The position numbers and the translations under genes were made by a program. Of a stretch of DNA of 64,000 bases, positions 42,453 to 51,402 are shown one piece after another. Position 1 is the stretch's first letter. Each line of letters begins with the position of its first letter. The notes beneath the pieces were generated by a model. That model saw only the letters and a program-made list of their open reading frames with translations. It did no database searches and was not told where the DNA came from. Source of the DNA: an uncultured bacterium (lineage in GTDB: Bacteria > Patescibacteriota > Saccharimonadia > UBA4664 > SCTI01); the NCBI GenBank assembly GCA_963721685.1, contig CAVRJJ010000005.1, forward strand, positions 103,943 through 167,942. The letters run 5' to 3'.

Positions 42453-43064
42453 CTAGCAGCCGAGTGGCTTCAGTGCCGCTTCCGGCAGCGTATCCACGAG
42501 GTCTGCGAGGTGGCCCAGGTTGACCGGCTCCCTCAGCTGGTTGAAAGGACAGATCAGGACGAGCCCGATCTCGGTCTGCCGGTAGATGCACTCGTAGCAG
42601 ACCAGCCCATGGAACATGGCCAGCATCGCTGCGAGTTGCAGCATGGTGCCCACGTTGAAATCGGAGGTCGCGTACCTGCAGTTGTCCGTGAGTCCACCGA
42701 CGGTGACCAGCATCTCGTTGAGATCGAGGAACCCGCCGGAAACGTGCCTGTAGAGCAGCATGCTCCCGGAGCGAGGAACGCAGACGATCGCGTCCCCGAC
42801 CATCGGAGGCGAGACCACGGCGCGCGGCACGGTGTAGTCAGCTTGAACTCGCACCCGTGGCTGATGCCGCCGGGTGTGGTTCCTCATCAGCGTCAGGATG
42901 CCGACGGAGCCGAGCAAGGCGATCGTGGAGCCGAGGGGCATCCACTTCGGACCCTCGACCCAGCCACTGAGGTAGGCGGAGGTAATGATCGCGGACAAAC
43001 CTACGGCGATCAAAAAGAACGGCCACATGGGGCCGGTGTACGAAACCCTACTTGAAATCGACAT
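42453..43064 (-). CDS. high-GC membrane protein with C-terminal Cys-rich region, hypothetical (start MSISSRVSY, GGAGGA RBS)
   Basis: RBS plus ATG at 43064; 2 TM helices. Confidence 0.4.
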   Translation of the reverse strand: MSISSRVSYTGPMWPFFLIAVGLSAIITSAYLSGWVEGPKWMPLGSTIALLGSVGILTLMRNHTRRHQPRVRVQADYTVPRAVVSPPMVGDAIVCVPRSGSMLLYRHVSGGFLDLNEMLVTVGGLTDNCRYATSDFNVGTMLQLAAMLAMFHGLVCYECIYRQTEIGLVLICPFNQLREPVNLGHLADLVDTLPEAALKPLGC

Positions 43065-43180
43065 TGATGCTATCCTCCAGGTTGGGGTAGGCCCTATCGC
43101 TAGGGGGCTGACATCAGTCAACACATTGCAGATAATAATACCATATTTATACTAATATAGCAAATTTTGATATTTGAAAT

Positions 43181-43245
43181 AAGCATAAGTCCTATGGTGC
43201 AGCACACTGGCTGAGGTTAGAACCATTTTATTATCGTATGGCGTA
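43181..43245. repeat. tRNA-Arg-derived att-like repeat R1 (aagcataagtcctatggtgcagcacactggctgaggttagaacc...)
   Basis: Shares aagcataag..ctatggtgc with the 3' flank/end of tRNA-Arg (46234-46253) and a degenerate T-arm. Confidence 0.8.
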
Positions 43246-43258
43246 GGTTGGAGCCCAA

Positions 43259-43684
43259 CTAAGACTTTTTTATCCTGAGCGGGTTAACTAATTTGAGCCC
43301 CTCAATATGCTGAAAATCATCCTTATTTGCAGTCCATAGCGCAACATCATGCTCAAGAACCGTAGCCGCTATGATCGAGTCACCTAAGCTCATGCGTCTG
43401 GCCTGGCGGAGTTTAATTGCTCGATCAACGATTGCGTCAGTAAGCGCAAGGCTATACGACTCCCCAAAGAGAGCATCAAGCAGTAGCAGCTCATTGGCAG
43501 GAATTCGGGCGTAGCCAAGCGCTTCAATTTTTGTGATGCTGGCGTGAGCTATGTCAGTTTCTGCAATAACATGGCGATCGAGCGTACCGTTTGAAAGATA
43601 AATAAATATATTGGTGTCGAGAATGATCACCAGAATTACTCTCTTCCTGGTAGAGAACGATCCGCACGATTCGTGCGCTGCCAT
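43259..43684 (-). CDS. vapC: PIN-domain toxin VapC
   Basis: ILDTNIFIYL...TANKDDF PIN acidic residues. Confidence 0.75.
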   Translation of the reverse strand: MAAHESCGSFSTRKRVILVIILDTNIFIYLSNGTLDRHVIAETDIAHASITKIEALGYARIPANELLLLDALFGESYSLALTDAIVDRAIKLRQARRMSLGDSIIAATVLEHDVALWTANKDDFQHIEGLKLVNPLRIKKS

Positions 43685-43899
43685 GCAGCCGGGTCATGTA
43701 TGTCTGTATAAGCTCCAATTTCTTGCAGTTGCTTCAGTAGTTCTTGTATCCGCTTTCGATCCTGTATTGATTCCGAAGTTGGTAATGCAATAATGGCTTT
43801 TTGCCCTAACTCCAACTGCGCGTCCTCTACGTACTTTTTCGGTACGCGAAGGGCATAGGAATTACCAGTTTTAATAACGGTTGCAGTGTAATTACGCAT
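43636..43899 (-). CDS. vapB: AbrB/MazE (SpoVT-AbrB) antitoxin VapB
   Basis: MRNYTATVIKTGNSYALRVPKKYV swapped-hairpin motif; overlaps vapC. Confidence 0.7.
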   Translation of the reverse strand: MRNYTATVIKTGNSYALRVPKKYVEDAQLELGQKAIIALPTSESIQDRKRIQELLKQLQEIGAYTDIHDPAAWQRTNRADRSLPGRE

Positions 43900-43965
43900 T
43901 GTAACTACAATTATACTTACAACGCTATAAGCGTCAAGTCACATTTTGTACTGATAATGGAAAAT

Positions 43966-44020
43966 AAGCATAAGCCCTATGGTGCAGCACGTTGGCTGAA
44001 GTTAGAACCATTTTATGTGG
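43966..44020. repeat. att-like repeat R2
   Basis: aagcataagccctatggtgcagcacgttggctgaagttagaaccattttat. Confidence 0.8.
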
Positions 44021-44051
44021 TTAACCTGATGGGTGTTGACGAAATTGATGG

Positions 44052-44273
44052 TTACGCCCAAAACTCTTGGGCACCAAGGTTCGACTGCTGTATAATATTC
44101 CTCAAAGTACCGGGTAAGATATCCCGACTGTGGAATGGAACCACAACGATAGCTTTAGTATCTGGGCGATGATAAATGCGGTGACTGCCGGTTTGGCGTT
44201 TCAGCAGAAATCCTTTACCAAGCAGCACTTTCTCGAGTTCTTTTGGCGTGTACGAGCGGCTCTGCTTCGGCAT
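44052..44273 (-). CDS. hicA: HicA mRNA-interferase toxin
   Basis: GSHRIYHRPD...VVVPFHSRDILPGTLRNIIQQ. Confidence 0.75.
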   Translation of the reverse strand: MPKQSRSYTPKELEKVLLGKGFLLKRQTGSHRIYHRPDTKAIVVVPFHSRDILPGTLRNIIQQSNLGAQEFWA

Positions 44274-44286
44274 ACTTGAGTACTAC

Positions 44287-44553
44287 TTACAGCCTAGCCG
44301 GAGAGCCAAAAGCAATTTTCCTGGTCGTGATGTAGTAGTCATCTGCATCTGGCCGAGGTAATGGTTCCCCAAGTTCAACCAGCGTTTCCAGGTAAAGTTT
44401 GATGGCTTGCTCCATGTTGGTGACAGCTGTATCAATTGTTGCACCAAAATCGGACAAACCTAAAGAGGGTGCATAGGCTACATAGACAGTTTTGCCATCC
44501 TGCTGCTCTTGCTCGACGATAATTCTATAGTTAGATACTGTAGTTTTCATATG
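44287..44553 (-). CDS. hicB: HicB antitoxin (start MKTTVSNYRII; track ORF over-extended into repeat R3)
   Basis: UPF0150-like: YAPSLGLSDFGATIDTAVTNMEQAIKLYLETL. Confidence 0.65.
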   Translation of the reverse strand, partial: HMKTTVSNYRIIVEQEQQDGKTVYVAYAPSLGLSDFGATIDTAVTNMEQAIKLYLETLVELGEPLPRPDADDYYITTRKIAFGSPARL

Positions 44554-44617
44554 ACCAATTATATCATGTTCACCGACGCAATTATCTGTTGAAGTTGGCA
44601 GTCTCCACAGAAAGAAT

Positions 44618-44675
44618 AAGCATAAGCTTAATGGTGCGACACACTGGCTGCGGTTAGAACCTTTTATTATCGTAT
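44618..44675. repeat. att-like repeat R3
   Basis: aagcataagcttaatggtgcgacacactggctgcggttagaaccttttattatcgtatagc. Confidence 0.8.
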
Positions 44676-44818
44676 AGCAAATCATATCAGGCAAATGGGA
44701 TTGGAAGAAATTAGAACTTTCAATGGTGGAAGCCTATAGATTTTCGAGCTTTTGCCTAGACGTGCAGGCGCCCCGCTGGGCGAGGTGCCTGCGGGGCGCT
44801 AGTTGGACCTCTTGCTCT

Positions 44819-45355
44819 TTATGCGAACCCAGGTTCGGGAACGACGCTCGAGGAGCCGGGACGGCCGGTGACACGCATCTCGCGCATCCCCTTCCGTGCG
44901 CCCTCAAGCCACAGCCACTCGTTCGTTCCACCGTGGACGCAGATCAGGTGCCCGTGCTCGGGACATCCGAGGAGGTTGAGGGACTCGTGATCGATCCAGT
45001 CAACGTTCTCCATGCAGGTCGGGCAGACGATCTGGAGGTTGACCCACCCCTGCTTCCTGGTTGGGTTGTAGGTGACCTCAACCAGGTTGCCGGGACCGTG
45101 AACCTGCATGTAGCCCCGGGGAAGGGTCGTGGTGTAGCCACGCACCTCCCAGGGAGCCAGACTCGGGTACTTGGGCTTGTCAATGCCCTTGACCTCGAGA
45201 TGGATGTCACCTCCGCATGCCAGGGGGAAGCAGAGGTTGCGCAAGCCATGCGCTCCCGCCGGATGCTGATCGAAGAGGTTCAGGACGAAGTCCCACTTGG
45301 ACGGTCCCTTGCCGGTTTCCAGCGAAATGGGCAGAATGTAAGCCAATTGACTCAC
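44819..45355 (-). CDS. high-GC hypothetical protein with Cys/His clusters (CPTC...CPEHGHLIC)
   Basis: ORF only; start uncertain. Confidence 0.3.
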   Translation of the reverse strand: MSQLAYILPISLETGKGPSKWDFVLNLFDQHPAGAHGLRNLCFPLACGGDIHLEVKGIDKPKYPSLAPWEVRGYTTTLPRGYMQVHGPGNLVEVTYNPTRKQGWVNLQIVCPTCMENVDWIDHESLNLLGCPEHGHLICVHGGTNEWLWLEGARKGMREMRVTGRPGSSSVVPEPGFA

Positions 45356-45486
45356 CCTTCTATGGTTCGTACCTCGAGAGTGCGAGGAAACACGTTGCGC
45401 CGAAGCACCACCTAAGCCAGTTGACCCAGGAATAGGGAATATTATATCATGTATGTCTTAATAAGTCCAGGATTAAGATTGTAAAA

Positions 45487-45548
45487 AAGCATAAGCCCTA
45501 TGGTGCAGCACGCTGGCTGAGGTTAGAAGCATTTTAGTGTCGTATAGT
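45487..45548. repeat. att-like repeat R4
   Basis: aagcataagccctatggtgcagcacgctggctgaggttagaagcattttagtgtcgtatag. Confidence 0.8.
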
Positions 45549-45718
45549 GGTGCGGTAGCGGCAAATGGATAGTCCAGCCCGGATGAAAAGAACCTAAACG
45601 CGTTAAAGCCCCACTGGGCTTACATGTGTAGCTCCCAATGGGGCTGTTTGGACAGGCAGGTGGCGTAATATGCCATTTGAACTCGCCAACTGCGAGCCTG
45701 CCTTACTGAAGACGACGG

Positions 45719-46105
45719 TTACTTCCGTGCCCCGATGTGGTGCAGACGCTCTTTCTTGAGCTCCTGGATGCCCAAGTCGGTGTCCCAGATCCTGCTCAGC
45801 AGGGTGTGAAGGACGCTGTCGGCGAAGGCCACGAAGGAGTCCCACGACATATCGTCGTAGGGGGTCTTCACGGTCCAGGTGATGCCCTCTGCCTCCAGCT
45901 GAATCAGAACCATCATCGCAGCGCCATCGGTGGGAGTGATCTCCTCGATGGCCTTGTGGATGGCCTTGTCGAGGTCGTCCACGTTCCATGCTTCGGGGGT
46001 GGCGTGATCGGCGTTGTACCACGCGAAGGCGCGGATGCCGAGGAGTTCGAGAGTCTGGGACTCCCTGAGCTTGTCAATGGGGTCGGGATCGCATGTGAGC
46101 GACAT
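45719..46105 (-). CDS. high-GC hypothetical protein (start MSLTCDPDPIDKL, GGAG RBS)
   Basis: RBS plus ATG 46105. Confidence 0.35.
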   Translation of the reverse strand: MSLTCDPDPIDKLRESQTLELLGIRAFAWYNADHATPEAWNVDDLDKAIHKAIEEITPTDGAAMMVLIQLEAEGITWTVKTPYDDMSWDSFVAFADSVLHTLLSRIWDTDLGIQELKKERLHHIGARK

Positions 46106-46247
46106 CTGATCTCCAGAGGTTCGAAAGGGTTGCTTGACCTTCAGCGTCAACAATAATAACATATAGAGCATGATAAGTCAATGGCAGATTATGTGCGACG
46201 GTCATCGTCGAGGTATGAATAGGATGAAAGAATAAGCATAAGTGCTA

Positions 46248-46324
46248 TGGTGCGCCCGGCAGGATTCGAACCTGCGACCTCCAGTACCGCAAACTGACGC
46301 TCTATCCAGCTGAGCTACGGGCGC
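46248..46324 (-). tRNA. tRNA-Arg (anticodon reads GCG)
   Basis: Manual cloverleaf: GCGCCCG acceptor, D GCTC/GAGC, anticodon loop TTGCGGT, T-loop TTCGAAT, discriminator A, CCA. Confidence 0.8.
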
Positions 46325-46376
46325 ATGTGGGCTTAAGACTTCAAGAGATTATCATAATTTCAGGTCGGGCGGAAGG

Positions 46377-46931
46377 TCAAAACCTTACGTAGCGCGTTAA
46401 CTTTTCCACGAAATCCGGCTCGCGGTCGAGACGAGGTAAATGCTGGGCCAGGACTTCTTCAATATGATTAAAGTCTTCTTCTTCACACAAAACAGTAAGC
46501 CGTTGGGAAAAGCGCTTGGCCGGTTCAAAATCAATTTCCCGCCACCCCACTTGAGGGTGCAGGCTATAAGATTTAAATAGTCGGTAGTCATGCAGTTTAT
46601 CGTTAATATGAATGCCTTGTTCGTCCACCGCGTATTCCAACGTACGCGGGTCCTTCCGCGAATAAACAATTACTGCAAACGTCATTACTGCCACTAAGGC
46701 GGTTCCGGTCCATTGTCGAAACCATGCCAACCCGGCCGCTAGGATTGTTGCGATTACAAGCAGCCCGACATACCAAGCTGCCGACTTGGAATGGGCCACA
46801 TACTCTGAAGCCTCCCACGCGAAACCATCTATCTGATCGTCAGGCGCGGTGTCTTGCTCCAAAATCCGCTGCTCTAAATCGGAAGAGGGGAGTGGAGGTG
46901 TTTCTTGGACTGGCTGCTGCTGAGGGTCCAT
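46377..46931 (-). CDS. hypothetical 2-TM membrane protein
   Basis: AAWYVGLLVIATILAAGLAWF...ALVAVMTFAVIVY. Confidence 0.4.
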   Translation of the reverse strand: MDPQQQPVQETPPLPSSDLEQRILEQDTAPDDQIDGFAWEASEYVAHSKSAAWYVGLLVIATILAAGLAWFRQWTGTALVAVMTFAVIVYSRKDPRTLEYAVDEQGIHINDKLHDYRLFKSYSLHPQVGWREIDFEPAKRFSQRLTVLCEEEDFNHIEEVLAQHLPRLDREPDFVEKLTRYVRF

Positions 46932-47036
46932 TTAAAATCCTTACGCTTTTATTATGCCTGAGGCTGGTGCTGAAAACAATCGGTTGAAGCAATTGCCTGA
47001 AGCGGCGGGAGACTGTTATGCTGAGATGTGGCGTCT

Positions 47037-47126
47037 GGAGGGGTGTCCGAGTGGTTGAAGGAACCGGTCTTGAAAACCGGCAGGGTTGCAAGATCCTCGT
47101 GGGTTCGAATCCCACCCCCTCCGCCA
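47037..47126 (+). tRNA. tRNA-Ser (anticodon TGA)
   Basis: GGAGGGG acceptor, loop CTTGAAA, long variable arm, GGTTCGAATCC, CCA. Confidence 0.85.
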
Positions 47127-47242
47127 GCAATTGTGATAGTCTCGATCTTTTTTAGACGCAAGCCGGAAGTAGGCACAGCCGCATGTCAACTCATTGATTC
47201 AGCCCCTGCTCTCCTGTATGCTTTCATACTGTAACCGCCTAT

Positions 47243-47335
47243 GGAGAGGTACCCAAGTGGCTGAAGGGGCGGGTTTGCTAAACCTGTAGGGGGATGTAAG
47301 TCCCCGCGAGAGTTCGAATCTCTCCCTCTCCGCCA
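47243..47335 (+). tRNA. tRNA-Ser (anticodon GCT)
   Basis: GGAGAGG acceptor, loop TTGCTAA, long variable arm, AGTTCGAATCT, CCA. Confidence 0.85.
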
Positions 47336-47343
47336 GCACTAAT

Positions 47344-47949
47344 TTAATCCCGGGCAGCCACCGCCCCATAAGCTACTGTGGCGCCCGCTGCCCGCAGCAC
47401 TTGAGCGCACTCACTGAGCGTGGCTCCTGTTGTTAAAACGTCATCAATAAGCAGCACCCGTATTTCCTGCAAATTGCCCTTAGCGCCGAACGCGCCTTTA
47501 ATATGCTCGGCACGCTGGCGCCGCGACTTTCCAACTTGCTGGTTAGCGCGGGCACGGTATAGCAAGCGGCGATAGGGGAGTAGTAACTCACGAGCTAACT
47601 GTTTGGCAATAAGTTCCGCTTGGTTGTAACCTCGCTGACGAAAACGCGAAGTTACCACCGGAACTGCCGTCACCGCGTCTAACTCAAAACGCTTAGGCTC
47701 AAAATAGGGGAGAAGGGCATGAGCAAAAATGGTTGCCGCTTCACGCTGATGCTTGTACTTTAAACGCTTAACAAGTTCGCGCAGCGTTGTTTGGTAAGGC
47801 CCGGCAGCCACGATTTCTGGCACACCAGGGCATGATGCCTGGACCAGCTGAAAAACATCTTCCCAGCAGTTCTGGCAAACCAGGCTTCCTTCATAGTCGC
47901 AGCGCGCACAACATGGCGGCGCCAACAACCTTGCAAGTTGCTGTAGCAT
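47344..47949 (-). CDS. comFC: ComF-family phosphoribosyltransferase (competence protein ComFC-like)
   Basis: N-terminal 4-Cys zinc finger CCARCDYEGSLVCQNCW; PRT motif VLLIDDVLTTGATL. Confidence 0.7.
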   Translation of the reverse strand: MLQQLARLLAPPCCARCDYEGSLVCQNCWEDVFQLVQASCPGVPEIVAAGPYQTTLRELVKRLKYKHQREAATIFAHALLPYFEPKRFELDAVTAVPVVTSRFRQRGYNQAELIAKQLARELLLPYRRLLYRARANQQVGKSRRQRAEHIKGAFGAKGNLQEIRVLLIDDVLTTGATLSECAQVLRAAGATVAYGAVAARD

Positions 47950-48127
47950 AGACTCCTTTCATCCTGTTAGTATAGATAGAGATTATTACCATATTCTTAA
48001 GCCTTCACCATCAGCGCATCATACCTGTATTGCTTTTGCCTTTCAGGTGTGGAATAATCAGGCAAAAGGCCGATGTCGGTGAGCAGCATTACGCCTGGTA
48101 AGGTAGGAGTTTTAAGGAGACAAAAGC

Positions 48128-48559
48128 GTGGCACGAAAGAACCCAACCAACGACGAAACCATATTAGAGAATGAGTTTCTAAATGATGAAGAAGCCGGGC
48201 AAAACTGGCTGGAAGAAGAGCAGGAAGTAGAAGGCCAATTAGCGGTAGACGTATTCCAAACGAAAGAAAGCGTGGTTATTAAGGCTCCAATTGCCGGAGT
48301 TGACCCTAAGCAGCTGGAAGTAGCCATTGCTGAAGATGTGGTAACCATCCGCGGTGAGCGGGTTGACGACTCGGTTGTTGAACGCGAGAACTACTATGTG
48401 CAGGAATGCTACTGGGGGGCCTTTAGCCGCTCAATCATTATGCCGGTAAGCGTCAATGCCGATAAGGCTGAAGCGAGCTTAAAGAACGGTGTGCTCAGCA
48501 TCAGCATTCCTAAAGTCATTCAAGATAAGATTAAGAAAATCAAAGTTATCGCCGGCTAA
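48128..48559 (+). CDS. Hsp20/alpha-crystallin small heat-shock protein
   Basis: ACD pattern ...VDVFQTKESVVIKAPIAGV...GAFSRSIIMP...GVLSISIPK. Confidence 0.8.
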   Translation: MARKNPTNDETILENEFLNDEEAGQNWLEEEQEVEGQLAVDVFQTKESVVIKAPIAGVDPKQLEVAIAEDVVTIRGERVDDSVVERENYYVQECYWGAFSRSIIMPVSVNADKAEASLKNGVLSISIPKVIQDKIKKIKVIAG

Positions 48560-48571
48560 ACCGACAACCAT

Positions 48572-48602
48572 AAAAAAAGACCCTTTCGAGGGTCTTTTTT
48601 TA
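48572..48602. terminator. bidirectional rho-independent terminator (aaaaaaagaccctttcgagggtcttttttt) between convergent hsp20 and pilin P1
   Basis: 8-bp GC stem flanked by A-run and T-run. Confidence 0.8.
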
Positions 48603-48620
48603 TTGGCTTAAGTAGCCGAT

Positions 48621-49046
48621 TTATTCGCCGGCACCGGGAGCAAGCGACGAAGTAACGAAGTTTACTATGGCGTAGGCCAAAATCGCGACGATAATGCCAA
48701 TCACCGAATAGAGAATGGTATCTTTGGCTGAAGAAACATGTTCTTTATTACCCTGGGAAATAACGTAGCGCAAGCCACCGATAATCAACATGATAACGGC
48801 CACGGCACCCACTAGGAAAATGAGAATGTTGGCAATGGTGTGGAAGATACCACCGGCGCCAAACAAGTCGCCGCTGGTGCCTTTTGCTTGGGAACATTGG
48901 GCTCCGGCGTTAATAGGGTTCTCGGCAGAAGCCGGATCACTGCAGGTCTCTCCGGTAGTTTCACCGGCCAAGATCGCTGAGGGCAGAAAGCCGGCGGCAA
49001 CAATGCTGACCTTGAGCACCCTGTCGTTTAGAAGTAGTTTATTCAC
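48621..49046 (-). CDS. T4SS VirB2/TrbC-like pilin paralog P1
   Basis: Signal peptide, Cys-containing variable region, TM1 IANILIFLVGAVAVIMLIIGGLRYVISQG, loop, AKDTILYSVIGIIVAILAYAIVNFV TM2. Confidence 0.6.
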   Translation of the reverse strand: MNKLLLNDRVLKVSIVAAGFLPSAILAGETTGETCSDPASAENPINAGAQCSQAKGTSGDLFGAGGIFHTIANILIFLVGAVAVIMLIIGGLRYVISQGNKEHVSSAKDTILYSVIGIIVAILAYAIVNFVTSSLAPGAGE

Positions 49047-49119
49047 AATTTAATTTCCTTTTAAGTTGTTACGCTTATTTTGGTGCAATATTATCATAGT
49101 TTAATCCAGATGGCTACCA

Positions 49120-49518
49120 TCAAGGCTCGCGGGGCGGCGGGGGAGCCAAAGCTCCGGATACAAAATTAACGATCGCGTAGGCTAAAATCGCGACCACAAT
49201 CCCAATAATGCTATACAGCAGGGTGTCTTTAGCGGACTTAACTTGGGCCGCGTCGCCTTGGGAAATAACGTAACGCAATCCGCCAATGATCAGCATGATC
49301 ACGGCCACGGCACCCACCAGGAAAATAAGCAGGTTCGCGATTTGGGAAAAACTTCCCTGTAGGTCGCCCGAAACGCCAGCGGGTTTTGCATCCCTGGCAC
49401 CTTCGTCAATTTTTGTTACCGCCAGGGCCGATTGCGAGAGGGAAAGGCAAAAAAGCCCGGCCAAGAGTATTTTTTGCTTATACCGATTAATCATTAATCC
49501 TCCTTTATTACCCAACAT
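49120..49518 (-). CDS. T4SS pilin-like paralog P2
   Basis: Same architecture; GGLRYVISQGD...AKDTLLYSIIGIVVAILAYAIVNFV. Confidence 0.6.
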   Translation of the reverse strand: MLGNKGGLMINRYKQKILLAGLFCLSLSQSALAVTKIDEGARDAKPAGVSGDLQGSFSQIANLLIFLVGAVAVIMLIIGGLRYVISQGDAAQVKSAKDTLLYSIIGIVVAILAYAIVNFVSGALAPPPPREP

Positions 49519-49906
49519 TTTGACTCACAAACCGGACAATCGCGTAAGCCAAAACCACGACAATCAAACCGATAACGGCGTAAAGCAGCGTGTCTTTGGC
49601 GGCTTTAATCCTAGCCGCGTCGCCGGTTGAAGTAACGTAGCGAATGCCCGCTAAAATAATAATTATTACGGCAATGGCTCCGGCTACCAGCAGCAAGGTA
49701 TTGGTCACGTCTCCAAGAAAACCATTGTCACCGGTAAGTTCCTTTTGCCCGGTAATGTTGCATTTGCCATTAACAATGGTGCCGCCGGCTCCTTTGCACA
49801 GATTAATTTCTGTGGTTGTTGGAGGTGGAGGCGGCGGAGCTCCTGCAAAGGAAGCCCGCGACACGCCAAGCCAAAGCCCTGCCAGCAATAGCCCAATCCG
49901 TTGCAT
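49508..49906 (-). CDS. T4SS pilin-like paralog P3
   Basis: AGIRYVTSTGD...AKDTLLYAVIGLIVVVLAYAIV; poly-Pro after signal peptide. Confidence 0.6.
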   Translation of the reverse strand: MQRIGLLLAGLWLGVSRASFAGAPPPPPPTTTEINLCKGAGGTIVNGKCNITGQKELTGDNGFLGDVTNTLLLVAGAIAVIIIILAGIRYVTSTGDAARIKAAKDTLLYAVIGLIVVVLAYAIVRFVSQNVG

Positions 49907-50265
49907 TAAGCTATCTTCCCCACTACGAAGCCCACAATGGCCCGCGCCAAAATCACCACGATCAACCCGATAACCGCATAAAGGATGGTGTCTTTAGCGG
50001 CTTGGATGCGTTTGGCATCCCCCGTTGAGGTTATATAACGGATGCCGCCCATGATTAAAATCAGAACCGCGATGGCGCCCACCACAATGAATAGCGTATC
50101 TATTACCACATTGAGCTTTGTTGTAAGGGCGGTATCGCTGCAGGCCGCCGAACCCGCCACCGCTTTCAGCCCCTCGCATTGCTGGCTAGCGGCAAGGGCG
50201 CCTTGCGGGACAATCATAAGAATAAAAAGTCCGAGCCGCGTAAGTTTTTGCCGAATTGCTAACAC
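49906..50265 (-). CDS. T4SS pilin-like paralog P4
   Basis: GGIRYITSTGD...AKDTILYAVIGLIVVIL. Confidence 0.6.
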   Translation of the reverse strand: MLAIRQKLTRLGLFILMIVPQGALAASQQCEGLKAVAGSAACSDTALTTKLNVVIDTLFIVVGAIAVLILIMGGIRYITSTGDAKRIQAAKDTILYAVIGLIVVILARAIVGFVVGKIA

Positions 50266-50266
50266 C

Positions 50267-50677
50267 CTAGCCTCCTGCCGCGTGAATAATAAATGCCGAA
50301 ATCGGTACTGCCAGAAAGGTGACGATCAACCCGATAATAGCATAGAGCAGGGTATTCTTAGCGCTTTCTATACGAGTGGGGTCACCGGTTGAAGTGATAT
50401 AACGCACACCTCCCATAATGACAAAGATGAAGGAAACAATGCCAGCCGCGAACAAGAAAATATTTAAGAACACTTGGAAGTAGGTGAGCCCATCAGGGTC
50501 GCCATTGCTATCAAGCTTTTGGCCATCCGCGTCGCAGCCGCTCATGGCGGGAAGGGCGTCGCAAGCTTTCCCCACAATAGACGATGGCTTGCTGGCTGCC
50601 ACGGCAGGGGAGCTAGCGAAAATAAAACCACTTACCAACACTGTAAGAATAAGCATAAGATGTTTCATTGATTGCAT
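50267..50677 (-). CDS. T4SS pilin-like paralog P5
   Basis: GGVRYITSTGD...AKNTLLYAIIGLIVTFL. Confidence 0.6.
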   Translation of the reverse strand: MQSMKHLMLILTVLVSGFIFASSPAVAASKPSSIVGKACDALPAMSGCDADGQKLDSNGDPDGLTYFQVFLNIFLFAAGIVSFIFVIMGGVRYITSTGDPTRIESAKNTLLYAIIGLIVTFLAVPISAFIIHAAGG

Positions 50678-50710
50678 TGTAACTAAAACACCAGATAGGT
50701 GTCAAAAAGG

Positions 50711-51088
50711 CTAAGGGCTTTTAGCAATAATAAACCCAACAATAAAAGGAGCGAGCACCGACAGCAAAAGGCCAATCGAAGCGTAGATTAGCGTTTGTTT
50801 GGCTCCCTCAACCCGTTGGGCATTGCCGCTGGAAGCCGCGTAGCGTATGCCACCCAGGACCAGGAAAATTACCGACAGCACACCGGCAATCAGCGAAAGG
50901 GTATTAATAGCCCCCTTAGCTATATCGCTTGCCTTTACATTGGGAACATCAAGTTCGCTGGGGTCGTTGGCCAAACACCCGCTGGGGGGGCACTTAGCGT
51001 CGGGATCGGGAGCATCGGCAAAAGCCATTCCTCCCGCCAAAGTCAGGGAAACAAAGCCGCACATAAGCATAATAAAAAAGCGTTTCAT
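50711..51088 (-). CDS. T4SS pilin-like paralog P6
   Basis: GGIRYAASSGN...AKQTLIYASIGLLLSVL. Confidence 0.55.
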   Translation of the reverse strand: MKRFFIMLMCGFVSLTLAGGMAFADAPDPDAKCPPSGCLANDPSELDVPNVKASDIAKGAINTLSLIAGVLSVIFLVLGGIRYAASSGNAQRVEGAKQTLIYASIGLLLSVLAPFIVGFIIAKSP

Positions 51089-51402
51089 TCCAAACCTCTG
51101 GCGAGGAACTCAATTATTAAATAGGCTCCGGCGGATAACATAATTCCCACTACCGCGTGAATAAGTCCGGTTTTAGCCGCGGCGGTTTTGGCCGGTTCGC
51201 CCTGCGAAACAATGTAGAGAATACTGGCATAAATCACATAAATAACCGCCAAAATACCTATCAGCATGAGGAGGATTTCAACAACATTTGCTAAAATAAT
51301 GACGATTTGCTTAATACTGGTGAACTTAAGCTCCCCGGAACCATCCCGAGGGATGCCTTTATAGAGGTTGGGAAAGATATCGGCTAAGAGATGGGTATAC
51401 AT
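51085..51402 (-). CDS. pilin-like paralog P7, lacks signal peptide/Cys region (degenerate)
   Basis: ILYIVSQGEPAKTAAAKTGLIHAVVGIMLSAGAYLII core retained. Confidence 0.4.
   Translation of the reverse strand: MYTHLLADIFPNLYKGIPRDGSGELKFTSIKQIVIILANVVEILLMLIGILAVIYVIYASILYIVSQGEPAKTAAAKTGLIHAVVGIMLSAGAYLIIEFLARGLE

Noticed and set aside
43181-45548. R1-R4 as CRISPR-like repeats
   Set aside because: Spacers are 650-870 bp and contain complete genes; repeats derive from a tRNA 3' end, so att-site remnants fit better.
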